From the NCBI GenBank assembly GCA_946965045.2, contig OX337229.1, positions 4,030,001 through 4,094,000 on the forward strand: a stretch of DNA of 64,000 bases. The letters run 5' to 3'. Below the pieces are notes generated by a model. It saw only the letters and a list, made by a program, of their open reading frames with translations. It did not search any database and was not told the origin of the DNA. The stretch comes from Epithemia pelagica (Eukaryota > Protista > Bacillariophyta). Within the stretch, counting starts at the first letter, position 1, and every line of letters begins with the position of its first letter. Shown piece after piece: positions 54,201-64,000 of the stretch. The position numbers and the translations under genes are program-made.

Positions 54201-54432
54201 TCAGCTAAACAGAACTCCTCGCAGCTCAAGAGGTCAACAGAATCAACCCGCGGGAAAACAAGATGAACCGAAGTCTTCGTTTCTGGGTAAAGTTGCCAAC
54301 ATTGGTCGGCGTCGTCCATGGGGATTGGTCGCATGTCCCTATGAAGCTCTTCTGCAAGTTGAGTGTACGCAATACGATCCCAGTGACAGGCGGAGATTCC
54401 AAAATGAAGCTCGTGTTCGCATCATTGTGTGA
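51235..54432 (+). CDS. Pentatricopeptide-repeat (PPR)-like protein
   Basis: Scattered PPR-like motifs: PDAVSYATVLEAAAQVG, PQTRHFNILLKGY, PDPITVTTMMGLC, PDSQSYCLVASAL, PNEVSLHSYLAG. Confidence 0.8.
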   Translation: MMVSVRLGCQSLNVSRRQLGRFINLLGVISGWILVGDQAVGPVTHRLSTLHDDDCFPRDADIGPTNSNELCEQSRNKKSQVSWGVVTAFDLYSTPRVSHSRARGRISWWSPPWLDDERSTRPSSSTRRTKLFSLATPMVNTTLAISSPSIPSYASDSLPSQGSRQSNKRNKKKDDNSVQLQWLVNNIEKNFLGNHECSQEVWHVVQQLLVVHQKHPQRNGNVNDDDNNNDSSLEQMGELLAELNVTEDCSPAVQERLIKAAALAGFWPIALQWTYDLFLEQSILPGDMAQNELCTQLRQARRYTELRDLVETMGRIQKLQQQSMSSNAVLNMSAFNLYLASLTDQALEYRPYENEQQNDVWLQQAWEWIGPLDKARQKWGVVPDAVSYATVLEAAAQVGNRTLSNLIWQFVQDNKNLQHDNTTSIRHNGVPIGTESILNVNAYNARLKTLVLGSGPRMKGRQTQGNPKHSISSDWGEPVVNHNQQEDDTLALQLWQEMEQDPYVQPDQYTIDLMLLPWIRQGQGQLQSWKTIQSSVNEFFARQCPSTLIASQALSAFLLRLCEDGTSSALWTARTMFQEYIGIPWFGNNADTPTQSMPLSFPMPQTRHFNILLKGYRKALRNNLNARQDTDSIHVREEAWKLFSIMQTSSLVVPDPITVTTMMGLCRSSKDLCRLLMQSTSSQSQGGGGKRRKDNKDWLKTKPIILRAAITRFGELGDVSSACWLFDRYGSFHSQQLRLWNVLLGAIVKASLVVQDSSSHDIRFKQSHMTTINVSIAEVSSYLMGGKNIQENALQPGSVAKELCGCTFPEAATKLLSFMNNQSPCMSQYGVSEKLLPAPQPDSQSYCLVASALQPQSYKKSVETDTLIQMFRQALAQGIAMDGRFLNALVRCFGDNIQAALNVWKQEIRPACFTARHELGDTASISEHNSNLHLAAAYHGLLYCAGRAWRPDLAVRIVYAMRKEGLEPNEVSLHSYLAGKQQRPDQDEVQLNRTPRSSRGQQNQPAGKQDEPKSSFLGKVANIGRRRPWGLVACPYEALLQVECTQYDPSDRRRFQNEARVRIIV

Positions 54433-55316
54433 TGCTGCATCTGGACATGAGGTTTGCCAGAGACATTCGTCAAGGCCATCCTTATGTAAGTTTCCAGCAA
54501 ACTTTATGAAATACCGGATGTACAAAACGACCAGTAAGTTGGAGCCAGAGGCGTCTTGTTTGCTCCTATGTTTTTGAGTGTGCTTCTAGGTGGGAGACAC
54601 ACGTGTTTGTCGTGTTAGGTGTCCTGCTAATACTAAACCTCTGTGCACGCTACACACGCACAAAGAATATGGAACGTCTAAGCTTCCATGTATCTTAGAC
54701 GCAAAATCTCTCCATTCTCCACAGAGAATCAAACACATGAAATCACTTTTTCCACAGATACATTTGTCCACCCTGCGTCGATTCCCGGATTCGTGTTGCT
54801 TTAGAGGAGAAAACTAACCATATTTTCTGAAAGTGATGCGATGCATTGGATGTGTGTATCCCAGAGAAGATGCATGATGCAGGAAATGTTTCGCTTGACC
54901 GATATCATCATGACGGGCAATGAACCTGAAATCTCTACGTAATGCTCTATCAACCTGGAAGCTCTAGGAGTAACAAGAGTTTTGACTAGTCGAAAATGTC
55001 ACGCCGAAAAGGACATTCAGCCTGGTAAAGTGAAATGTTAAGGAACCGAGTGGACAAAGATATGTGCAAAAGGACGCTAATATCGCCGTTTACGGAGAGG
55101 CTCTGATGATCTTTCCACGATGTATCAGAAGAACAAGAAGAAGCGATCCACGCAAGGACGAAAGGCAGTTGATGAAGATCACACGGCAAGTAGTTTCCAA
55201 TGTGTATCAATGAATGTCGGATACAACATTGAACAAGCTTCTCACGGGAAAGAATCTCTATGCATGAAAAGACGACAACGAATACGCAAATGGGACAAGT
55301 ACTTCCATTGATTCCG

Positions 55317-56509
55317 TCATGAGTTGGAGTCAACCTCGTCTTGACGTTCCACTAACGTTATGGAACAGCCTTTGAGATTGCAAACTTCCAGCGGTAGTCG
55401 TGGAGGCAGGTACATCAAAGAAATGCAACTTTCACAGTCCACCTGCTTTAATGAATCAAGACGCGCCAAACTGTCTGGCAGTGCTTTGAGTTTCGGACAT
55501 TTTGCGACGGAGATCATGGCCAAGCTTTCACAACGACCGATACTTTCGGGGATCGCTTCTAAACCCAGACATTTGTGAAGAACCAGATCCTCCAAGTTGC
55601 GCAGGTCGCCAATGGAGGAGGGCAAAGACTGCAGAGATATACACTTGGAGAGATCTAGCTCAGAAAGTGAGCGAAGCCCTCCAATTGATTCTGGGATCTC
55701 TTTGACAAGTTTGCATTCCTTCATGGAGAGTCTTGTAAGTGACTTGAGGTATCCAACTGATGAAGGGAGATGTTCTAGGGCCTTGCACTTGTCCAACACG
55801 AGCTCTCGCAGACTCGTGAGTCCACCAAGCGATTCTGGAAGACGACGTAGCGCTTTATTGTGATGTCCCGAAGTACCGTTGAATACTAGCCTTCTTAAGC
55901 TGTCGACAGAATCAGTTTGCGTGAGAAATAGCTTCAAACGATTCAACTACATACAAGTTAGCAAAAACGAACCTTTTGAGTTCTCCAATGGACTCAGGCA
56001 AAGATTCAATGGACATGGAATCTGTAAGGATAATCTTAATTCGTGGCAACAATCATCGCAGAATACTCATGAGTCAAAGAAAGAGCTGTAGAAAGCGCCA
56101 TCTCAATTGTACTCCGGTTCTCACAGCTCACCTCTTGTAGATTACAGAGTCGTCCCAAAGAAGATGGCAATGTTTTGAGGGCCCAGCACCTCGTCAGAAC
56201 GAGTCGCCTAAGTTGGGATAAGTTCTTCACAGATTCATGGAGAGTTGAAATGTATCTGCTGTTGTGCAGGTCCAGCTTTTGTAATTTGGAATATTTCTCC
56301 AACGAGGGCATGATGTTCCACCTCTGTTCATCACGACACCTTCGGGTACTAAGTTCTGTCGTCTCACCAGTCCTTGCATCCACAAACAGACTCACTCCGT
56401 TCATGTCATCCGAATCCTCGATAAGGATCCAGTCCGACTCATTCACTAAAACGGAGCTGTCGGACTGGTCCAAAATGTCTATGGCTGCTTCAGAATCCAC
56501 CATCGTCAT
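55317..56509 (-). CDS. Leucine-rich repeat protein; exons 56509-56132, 56034-55973 and 55899-55317
   Basis: Plant-like LRRs (LPESLGGLTSLRELVLDKC). Two GT-AG introns (56131-56035 and 55972-55900) restore a continuous LRR frame. Confidence 0.88.
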
Positions 56510-56616
56510 TGTTGGGGGTCGTAGTGATGGGGTGATGTGTTATGGATACCTCTCGCGGGTGCACACTTTAGAGCCATCACATCTCAATCTCACACGCTTC
56601 TTTCCGGTCTATTTAA

Positions 56617-58459
56617 CCCTTTCAGCCCGGCAAGTCAAATTTTTGACAAATATGTCAGTCATTTCACTTTTTTAGTGACCGCACAAACTACTTAACAAAA
56701 AAGTCAAAATACTCTATGGGTATATCAGTCCACGTCACTCCACGTATGCCTAATCTATAGGGAGTGTTCGCCCAGGACTCACCTCCTCTTCGTTTGTAAG
56801 TGATCATTGATCTTGTGATACCATTCGCCATTAAATCCCTTCCATTTTGGTGAGGCGGCCAGACCAAATTCGGTCGCGTGTCCTGGACACGTGCTTGGAA
56901 GAGCTTGCTCTCAAATGGGTGGCTTTGCCAGCTCTCCAACTGCCTGCAAGCGGCCCTGCGTGGATGACGGTTGGTTGTTTCATAATGTCGGACAAGCAAC
57001 AAGTACACAATCCTTTTCTCTTGCCAAAGCACATCGAATTAATGGCATTCCAGGTGAGCTTGATCCATTGCGGATTGCCATGACAATTACATTGCTCATG
57101 CTCACTCACACTTGTCTCTTTTGCTTGCTCTGCTCATTGGACGAGCGTCTGCTCATCTGCTGTGTCTCTGGCTCAGCAGCTTATTACTTGTCATTGTTCA
57201 TTTCTGTCGAAATGAGTCCATAACTTTCATTGCATTCATCCACAGACTATAAACCTTGTTTTCTTTATTCACTAGAAATAGAACTCATGTGCTAGCCATC
57301 TATATCTGTAGAGTTAAGTGCCTTCTGTATTCGTATTGTACATCTGTTTTCTGTTTTGAGCACGTCAATGACCCTCAGTTCCACCATGAACACACGACAG
57401 AGCAGCTCTTACACGCATCTACAGCTACGAATTGAATCATTCGCTGTATGACTCTAGATCTAGGTGCTGATAATTGGAAAGTAGGGTCTGGAAGCAAAAA
57501 CAACAACATGTTTGGTCGTTGAGAAATGATTGAGAATGATCTATCCTACAGAAGACATAAAAGTAACCAACCAGCCAACAATCAAACAACAAAAGAATTG
57601 CAACAAGGGGAAAGGGATAGATATTCCACTTGACCACAAGCAGCTTATACCTACTAGTCTACGCGTACAACATGAGACAAAACCAAAGGATTATGCATGA
57701 ACGAAAGGAAAGATTGCAGCAGTGATGAGAAAGAAGAAAGAAAAGGAGACAAGAAGATTAGAACTAAGCAGCAGTAGTGAGAAGTTAGAAGCGATTCAGC
57801 CCAGCATGATTCGTCCATGGTTCATACCTCATGTCATGTGCCTCGGTTTTGGGTTTTGTGAGAGACGCGAACGAGAGGGTTGCCCAATTTTGTGAGGATT
57901 CGTCCTAAACAAGAAACCAAATCCGAGGAAGCTGGACGCAAGCCGACCTTGATGTAACGGTGTTGGCAATTAGAGATACTTAGAGCTAATTGGAGCAGTG
58001 GCGGGCGACATTGAAAAAGGATAGGGTTGGGGATTTGTCTGGCCGCCTCACGAAAATGGAGGGGATTTAATGGCGAATGACCATGGACTCTACAAGAGAG
58101 TCGGGTTGTCCATTGGTGTTGATGAGACAAGTGGTTTTTGGGGTTTTGTATGAAAATGGGAAATTGGCGATTTCAGAACAAGCAGCCGTCAAAATACGAA
58201 GTTCTGACTATCGTACGAAAGTACATTACAATGCGCTTCATATGTGACAAACAGTAGGCCTATAACATATTGGTCATTGAAATATGATCGTTGCAAAATC
58301 ACAAATTTGGAAAATGACGATATTGTCATCATTTTTTGAATCACGAGTTGTTGGTCATAACTCACGTGGCATTTTGTTAATTGGATTGCAATTTTGTTAT
58401 GTATTTTTGGTGACAAATTTGTCAGTGACCGGGCCAAAAAAAGTGCCGGGCTGAAAGGG
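56617..58459. mobile_element. Non-autonomous piggyBac-type element, 1843 bp
   Basis: TTAA flanks (56613-56616 and 58460-58463); 16-bp perfect TIR CCCTTTCAGCCCGGCA; internal inverted repeat; no transposase ORF. Confidence 0.93.
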
Positions 58460-58680
58460 TTAACGGAAACATAAGCGAGAGGTACGAAGAACAGAAGTAC
58501 GGTCGGTGCACGGTGTACAGAATGTGAACCCGAGACTGACGTCAACCAAGACTGGATGGAGGATGCGCCCATGCGTGGGGGAGTTTAAATGACATGATCC
58601 GGGTCGTTAAATCTGGAAGATTATTTATGGTGGGAAGCGCGCTGATGCACGTGTTGACCAAGAAACGCACCCCGACACAA

Positions 58681-58803
58681 CGCAATTGCCACAGACACAC
58701 TTTTCTGCAAAGAAAGTAACACCCCCAATCGAATGAAGAAAAAGACGACACAAGACACAACTTTCTGCAAGACATTAACGCCCCCCAATCGAATGAAGAA
58801 AAA
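58681..58803. repeat. Imperfect 60-bp tandem duplication
   Basis: agacaca..tttctgcaa..cccccaatcgaatgaagaaaaa twice, at a 60-bp period. Confidence 0.85.
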
Positions 58804-59092
58804 TATGAGATTCATCAGATTCAAGATCTCACAATCTCAAGAAGTTGTCGGGAATCGGGAATAGCAACTGGTAAGATTTCAAACCATGTTTATTGATTCG
58901 ATTGATCGCAAAAGGGATAACTATTGTAGGTGGACGAAGCCTTCACCGCGGCGTGGACACAACGATGACTTGGACACTTGCAATAGCCTTTACCGTCCCC
59001 AAGCCTCCTTCGTCCAGAGCGTTCATTATTTGAATATCAACGACTTACAAAGATTGTGTGATTGGTCGGTTGGCCACCGGTCTTGGAACGAT

Positions 59093-61060
59093 TCACGGCT
59101 GTGGTTGACCTGTGATGGGTCTGTCGTCAGTAGAATTTCGATAGGCGTGAAGGGCATCATCGCATTCATGCAACCACGGGCACTCCTCCATGATGAGAGT
59201 CCAGGCGTCTCCATAGCTTTGCGAGGCTGTGGCTTCTGCAATAGTCAGCAAGAGCTGATACCTTCGACCATCGTCCTGTCGGATCCTATAAACAAGTTCG
59301 ACCATGGACTGCAGTCGTGGCAAGATACGGGTCGTCCATTGTTGTTTGTGGGCCAAAATGGGATCGTCCAAGGATATGTAATGAACGCAACATTGTAATT
59401 CTACAGAATCCTTGTTGTTATCGTCTTTGTTGTTTGTGGTATCATTCATTTTTGGCAGTTTGTCGTGTTCAATGGGGGTGGAGTTAGGTCTCTCGGATCT
59501 TTGGATCCAACCTTCCAGAGTGCTTGTGTTCTCATTACGCACTGACTGGGTTTTCGGTGATCCTCCACGTGTATTGGTCGTATTCGTTTTGCTTGGAGAC
59601 TGGGATTTTGCTGAGACAGAACGCTTCTGGGGGGACAGGCGATTCTCCTTCTGTGGATTCTTGTTTGGAGTTGACTTGTGTTTGGGTACACGCAGGACTT
59701 GAACCAGATCGGCCTGGGTAACATTGTACATAAGACAATAGACGACAGCTTGAATTTGTTCGTACAATGGCGGTGCAACTTTATGAAGACGACTCATGCG
59801 GTGTTTAACTTCGACAATGTTTGTTTGAACTTGCCATTCCTCGTCGTCGTCTTCAAAGTACAAGTCCCCTGTATTTTTGTCATGGAGATTCGTATGTAAA
59901 GAGATCGGTTCTTGGCAGGATGATGATGCTTTGTCCTTATTTTTGGTGCTTTGTTGCAGGGCAGTTGGCACACGAATCCATTGATCACGAAGACCATCGA
60001 CACTGCCTACAACATAAAAGAAGGGACGCGTATCACTATCTGCCTCGTTCTTGTCCTTGTTTGTCTCGTGGCTTGCCTGCTCCTGTTGACTGGTCGGACC
60101 GCCATGCCGGTTCTCTCCGTTTGTGTGGTTGCCGGTGCTTTCTTCGTCTACGGTCAGATCAATCACCACGGGTTCTGCTAAGTCGTCTGCTTGTCGCTTC
60201 TTTTGTTGTGAGTCACTTTTGGTGTGGATTGACGTGAATTGATTTTGTGCTGGTTCTCGCAGATGTTGTTTCTTCACTTGTGCGGGAGCCATGGGTTCCA
60301 CAACCGTCGTACCTGTCGTGGTAGTTTTCTTGGTAAAGGGCCACTCCATGAGTTGTTCATTTCGATGATGAATTTCGCATTGGACATGTTGTTGGAACCA
60401 ATCCAGAGCATGGTCTTCATGGCGTTTGCCAAATTGCGTATCGACCCGCGATCGTACACCTTGTTGCAATTGGGTAAATTGTGTCGACGACAATTTTGAG
60501 GCAGCTGTTTTGAGGACGGACGCTTGTCGCTTTCGAGCTTCTTGAACGGTCGAGGCAGGGGCGGTTTCTTCTTGAACGACCAACTGCTGCAAGGCCTGTA
60601 CCGTGTCCGGTCCAGCCACATGTGCCAATTCCCACAAGACAGCTTCTTCGTCTTGAGGCACAATTTCCAATCCTAACAATGTCGCATCGCGATGCAACCA
60701 GGCTTGTCCCTCGCGCCCTTGATAGACGAGTTCAAAGATGAGTTCTGGCAATACCTTGTAGGGATGATAGCCTGTCAAGGCAGCAATGTCGGAAACGGCA
60801 ATCCGTAAGGAATCACAGCGCATGCCACGGTCGTGCAGGATTGACGACGAGGATGAGGGCTTTGAGGAAGTCGAGGCAGGACGACGACGCTTTTGTGGGA
60901 TCATAATGGTAGGGGACGTTGGTGGACTCACTCCTTTTTGTTCTTCCACGGATACAGTGGTCTGTTCTCCAGCTGTATTGAAACCAATGACACAAGAAGA
61001 ACGTTTCTTTTGTGATACTGTCCGTGAATCTTCTAATTTCTTGGTTTCTCCGTTCATCAT
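59093..61060 (-). CDS. YqaJ/lambda-exonuclease-like PD-(D/E)XK nuclease domain protein
   Basis: Ordered motifs IAVSDIAALTG.HPYK, G.RHEDHAL, VGSVDGL, VEVKHR, YEQIQAVVYC, separated by low-complexity inserts. The frame is open from 61210. Confidence 0.75.
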   Translation of the reverse strand: MMNGETKKLEDSRTVSQKKRSSCVIGFNTAGEQTTVSVEEQKGVSPPTSPTIMIPQKRRRPASTSSKPSSSSSILHDRGMRCDSLRIAVSDIAALTGYHPYKVLPELIFELVYQGREGQAWLHRDATLLGLEIVPQDEEAVLWELAHVAGPDTVQALQQLVVQEETAPASTVQEARKRQASVLKTAASKLSSTQFTQLQQGVRSRVDTQFGKRHEDHALDWFQQHVQCEIHHRNEQLMEWPFTKKTTTTGTTVVEPMAPAQVKKQHLREPAQNQFTSIHTKSDSQQKKRQADDLAEPVVIDLTVDEESTGNHTNGENRHGGPTSQQEQASHETNKDKNEADSDTRPFFYVVGSVDGLRDQWIRVPTALQQSTKNKDKASSSCQEPISLHTNLHDKNTGDLYFEDDDEEWQVQTNIVEVKHRMSRLHKVAPPLYEQIQAVVYCLMYNVTQADLVQVLRVPKHKSTPNKNPQKENRLSPQKRSVSAKSQSPSKTNTTNTRGGSPKTQSVRNENTSTLEGWIQRSERPNSTPIEHDKLPKMNDTTNNKDDNNKDSVELQCCVHYISLDDPILAHKQQWTTRILPRLQSMVELVYRIRQDDGRRYQLLLTIAEATASQSYGDAWTLIMEECPWLHECDDALHAYRNSTDDRPITGQPQP

Positions 61061-61346
61061 TGACTTAAGGAAAGCATATGGATTGGTCGTTCGTGGTTTG
61101 AAATGGGTGGCTGGTTTGCAATGGGATGGACAGGTAAGAGCACCAAAGCCACAGACGTGAGAGGTGGATCGGTGCGCTTGTGTGCTCTCGGCAAGAACAA
61201 GGAAACTCAAGTTTGCGCTACTGAAAGGTCATCTGCTATCTCTAGACCTATTTGCCAGCGGATCATTCACAATCTGTCAACCATTGCAACCGAAAGAGAA
61301 TGATAGTGTTTGTGCCGTCGCGATTGTGGATGATGAGGTCGGAGCG

Positions 61347-64000
61347 AAAAAAAAAAAAAAGGTACAATCTATTTTAACGCTGCCGCGCGGACCCGCTAGG
61401 GTGCCGTCGACCGACGCGCCCGGCCTAGAAAACTAGGCGAGGACTAACAGTACTTGGGGGGGGGGGGGGGGGGGGTTAAGAAATCACGGGAAAGAGGCAG
61501 ACCGAAGTATAACAGGTCGCCATGTGTTGAGCCAATTGCGAAGTGCGAGTGAGGTAGTGTCGATAGAGAAATGGAGTTCCGGTGTGTCGTAGAACAGTAT
61601 AACATCAAAAGCCTGGACTTGGTCTTTGAGGGCATAAAGGCGAGAACTTCACGTTTTGCTTGGGCATACTCGGCAGTCTCGATAGTTTCGGGAGAATCGC
61701 CATGAAGATCCTGATTACGGCGGAGCCAGAGGTTGAACACGTGAAGCCAGATAATATTGATAGTAGCAGTGATGATACGAAAGCCGGAGAAGAATGGGGA
61801 AGAGAGGGAAACGCGTTGTAAGTAAGCGTCTTGGAGATGCGCCCATTGAGAAGAGAAACGGCCAAGAAACAATTGCTCATGTCCGATGGTAAGTTGTGAG
61901 AGGATAACCCGTTGATACGCATGAGGAACAGGGGGAAAGGATGGGTTGGTGTTGTTGAGAAACGAACGGAGAAATGCCAAAAGCAGAGTGCGAAGAATAG
62001 GATCAAACTCCAAGTCATGCCATTTCGACCGAAGATCTTCAGCGAGAGAATCGAACCAGTACCGTTTGGGACATTGAAGAAATGAGACCGAGTCTCAAGA
62101 GTGTTTGAGCAAAGAGGACAAGTATCGTCGTAATAAGCAGCATAGCGGGATTTCAAATACCCCAGAGGAAGCCAATCGTGAAGGAATTTAATCAAAAAAT
62201 GGCGACGAGGGAAGTTGGAATTCAAAGCACGACCATGAGCAGTCCAATCAACGGAATTGAAAACATCCTCGGACCAATCATATTTACTGCAATGGTATTG
62301 TCGGAGAGTCTCATAGCTGGCGAGCCTTCTCAAGATAGCCCGGTAATTAGAGTTAATCGAACCGTCCGCGCTGTGGAGCAACGCGTGACTTCCCGCAGTA
62401 ATCGGTGCGAGACACGAAGAGACACGTAAAGGATAAGAGTACTCGGCAGCCGCGTGATCCGCGTCGACATTGAGCTGGGCTGGTAGTGGTAACGTAGAAT
62501 AGGCTTGCGCTTGGTCTTGATGGCCCTTAATATGACAAATGTGGGGAAGTTCTGCAAACTGTCTAAGTGACCGGGAGATTGCTTGTTGTAGATCCCAATC
62601 GGCAGTCATGGTAGAATACGGGAACTCGACGAGCCATTCTAGCCGTTTTTGAATCGTCTTGACCAAACTCTCGGAGTCTGTAAACATCTGTAGAGAAGTA
62701 GGAAGAGGACAACTTAAGAACAGACACGCTTGAATCAGATACCGCAGGATTGCTAAGAACGCGTAGCTTTCCGCGCGGAATGAGGACGTTTTGTAACCAG
62801 GCGCAGGACCATGAAGTCGAAATAGTCGTTGACCAGTGTCAGTGGAACATACGCAGCCAAACGATCCGACAAAGGAACCAGCCGAACCATCCCTGCTAAC
62901 CAACAAGGCAGAAGGCGATTGGAGAAACGTAGCAAGTGCTTCAGTCGAGCACAGAGCGGTGCATTGTGTGCAAAGAGAGCGTTCCCAAGAAGTTAACTGG
63001 GCCATATGTTCACTTAAGGTACTTGGTGGTGGTGTAATCGGTCGTGGTAGCACATAATGGCTAGTGGACAGAATTTTTGCTGGACCTGTCGAAAGCGTCT
63101 GAGCTGGACAAGCCGCGGATGGGACAGAGTGATGAAGAGTCGTAGTGGGCCAGAATGCCATACCATGGTAGTGGTATTCGAGCCATTGACCATTCGGAGC
63201 CGAAACAAATAGACGAGAAGACGGACGGTCGAGATAAGAAAGCCAATTCCAAAAAGTGGAGGATCCACCAAAGTACCATTTCCCAAGCGGTTGAGCTAAG
63301 CGTCTGTATTGGGTAGAACTTAGGAGACTGTTCAAGAATTTACGCCACTTTGTCCACGATTGGGGACCGGGTCTTCGTTGATAGGGAATAAGACCGCGAT
63401 GTTGTGTCAGAATATCCATACGGCCGTCATACGCGGCGCGAGTGATCTTGGATCCTTCGGGGGTAGAAATGTCACTGACAAACGTTGCTCCAAGGTAGAG
63501 ACAACAAGCGTTAATCACTTTCAAATCTGTCGAAGATGTTGTATGGGCAAGAGCCAAATCCATCAAGAATGCGTCTTGTTCTCTCTGGCGGTTGGGGACG
63601 AAGGTTTGCTCGAGTTCAATCCGACAATCAACTTGAGAAAGGAAGGAGCGCATCTGGGGGAGCCATTACATTGGGTCCATATGCGGTAGATTGGTGTGAA
63701 CATCTTCTAGAACAGGAATTCCAGTGCCAGCGAGAAATTGACCCCAGGAAACCATAATTTGAGCAAGTTGATGTTGTACACCTTCGGAACGAATGCAAGC
63801 CAGAAAGTGGTAAACTTGAGCTATGCCACGTTCGACGGATAAAGTACGAAGACCGATACCTCCAAGTTCAGACGGTCCATAGACCACAGCATTAGGCATG
63901 CTTCTGTTGAACCCATACTTGGGCAAGAAAGCTTTCTTGAATTGGCGCTGAAGAGCAGTGCAAAATGAGTCTGAAAGGGTTGACGAAGGAAAAGGGTAGC
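61347..64000 (-). mobile_element. 3' part of a second, degenerate APE-RT-RNase H LINE related to 8531-16266
   Basis: Frameshifted pieces (63666-63926, 61605-63653, 61444-62013) homologous to the first LINE's ORF2 (PKYGFNR..P.AVVYG, RAESYAFLA, HIKGHQD, CPLC..ETRSHF). Same 3' motif and a T14 tail (A run at 61347-61360 on +). Confidence 0.92.

Noticed and set aside
58886-59398. 170-aa plus-strand ORF
   Set aside because: Mostly antisense to the YqaJ-like gene, with no motif; likely a shadow ORF.
1-64000. CRISPR arrays, rRNA or tRNA genes
   Set aside because: No repeat-spacer array, rRNA-like segment or complete cloverleaf was recognised. The tandem repeats lack unique spacers.

Overview
This is eukaryotic nuclear DNA, most likely from a pennate diatom. 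That is an inference from an aureochrome, short GT-AG introns, a bipartite-like plastid presequence and CoDi/Ambal/CRE-type retroelements. About half the window is transposable elements from six groups. (1) A Ty1/copia LTR element (484-7717) with an extra upstream ORF, one nonsense codon, an RT/RNase H deletion and a sister-family LTR abutting its truncated 5' LTR. (2) A full-length APE-RT-RNase H LINE (8531-16266, 19-bp TSD), plus a degenerate relative at 61347-64000. (3) A Zisupton/KDZ-like transposase ORF (29764-33498). (4) A two-ORF CRE-like retrotransposon with a restriction-like endonuclease (about 36840-44240, minus strand). (5) A PIF/Harbinger MITE (50256-51023). (6) A non-autonomous piggyBac (56617-58459). 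Host genes are three tandem amino-acid transporters, a GST-family protein, an aureochrome, an LrgB/PLGG1-like transporter, a ThiE/TenI-family protein, a PPR protein, an LRR protein, a YqaJ-like nuclease and some decayed ORFs, one of them WAPL-like. The most unusual signals are two. Both LINEs end in a sense-strand oligo(T) tail, not poly(A), preceded by a conserved and apparently structured 3' motif. The copia primer-binding site is complementary to a tRNA-Asn anticodon arm, which suggests half-tRNA priming.
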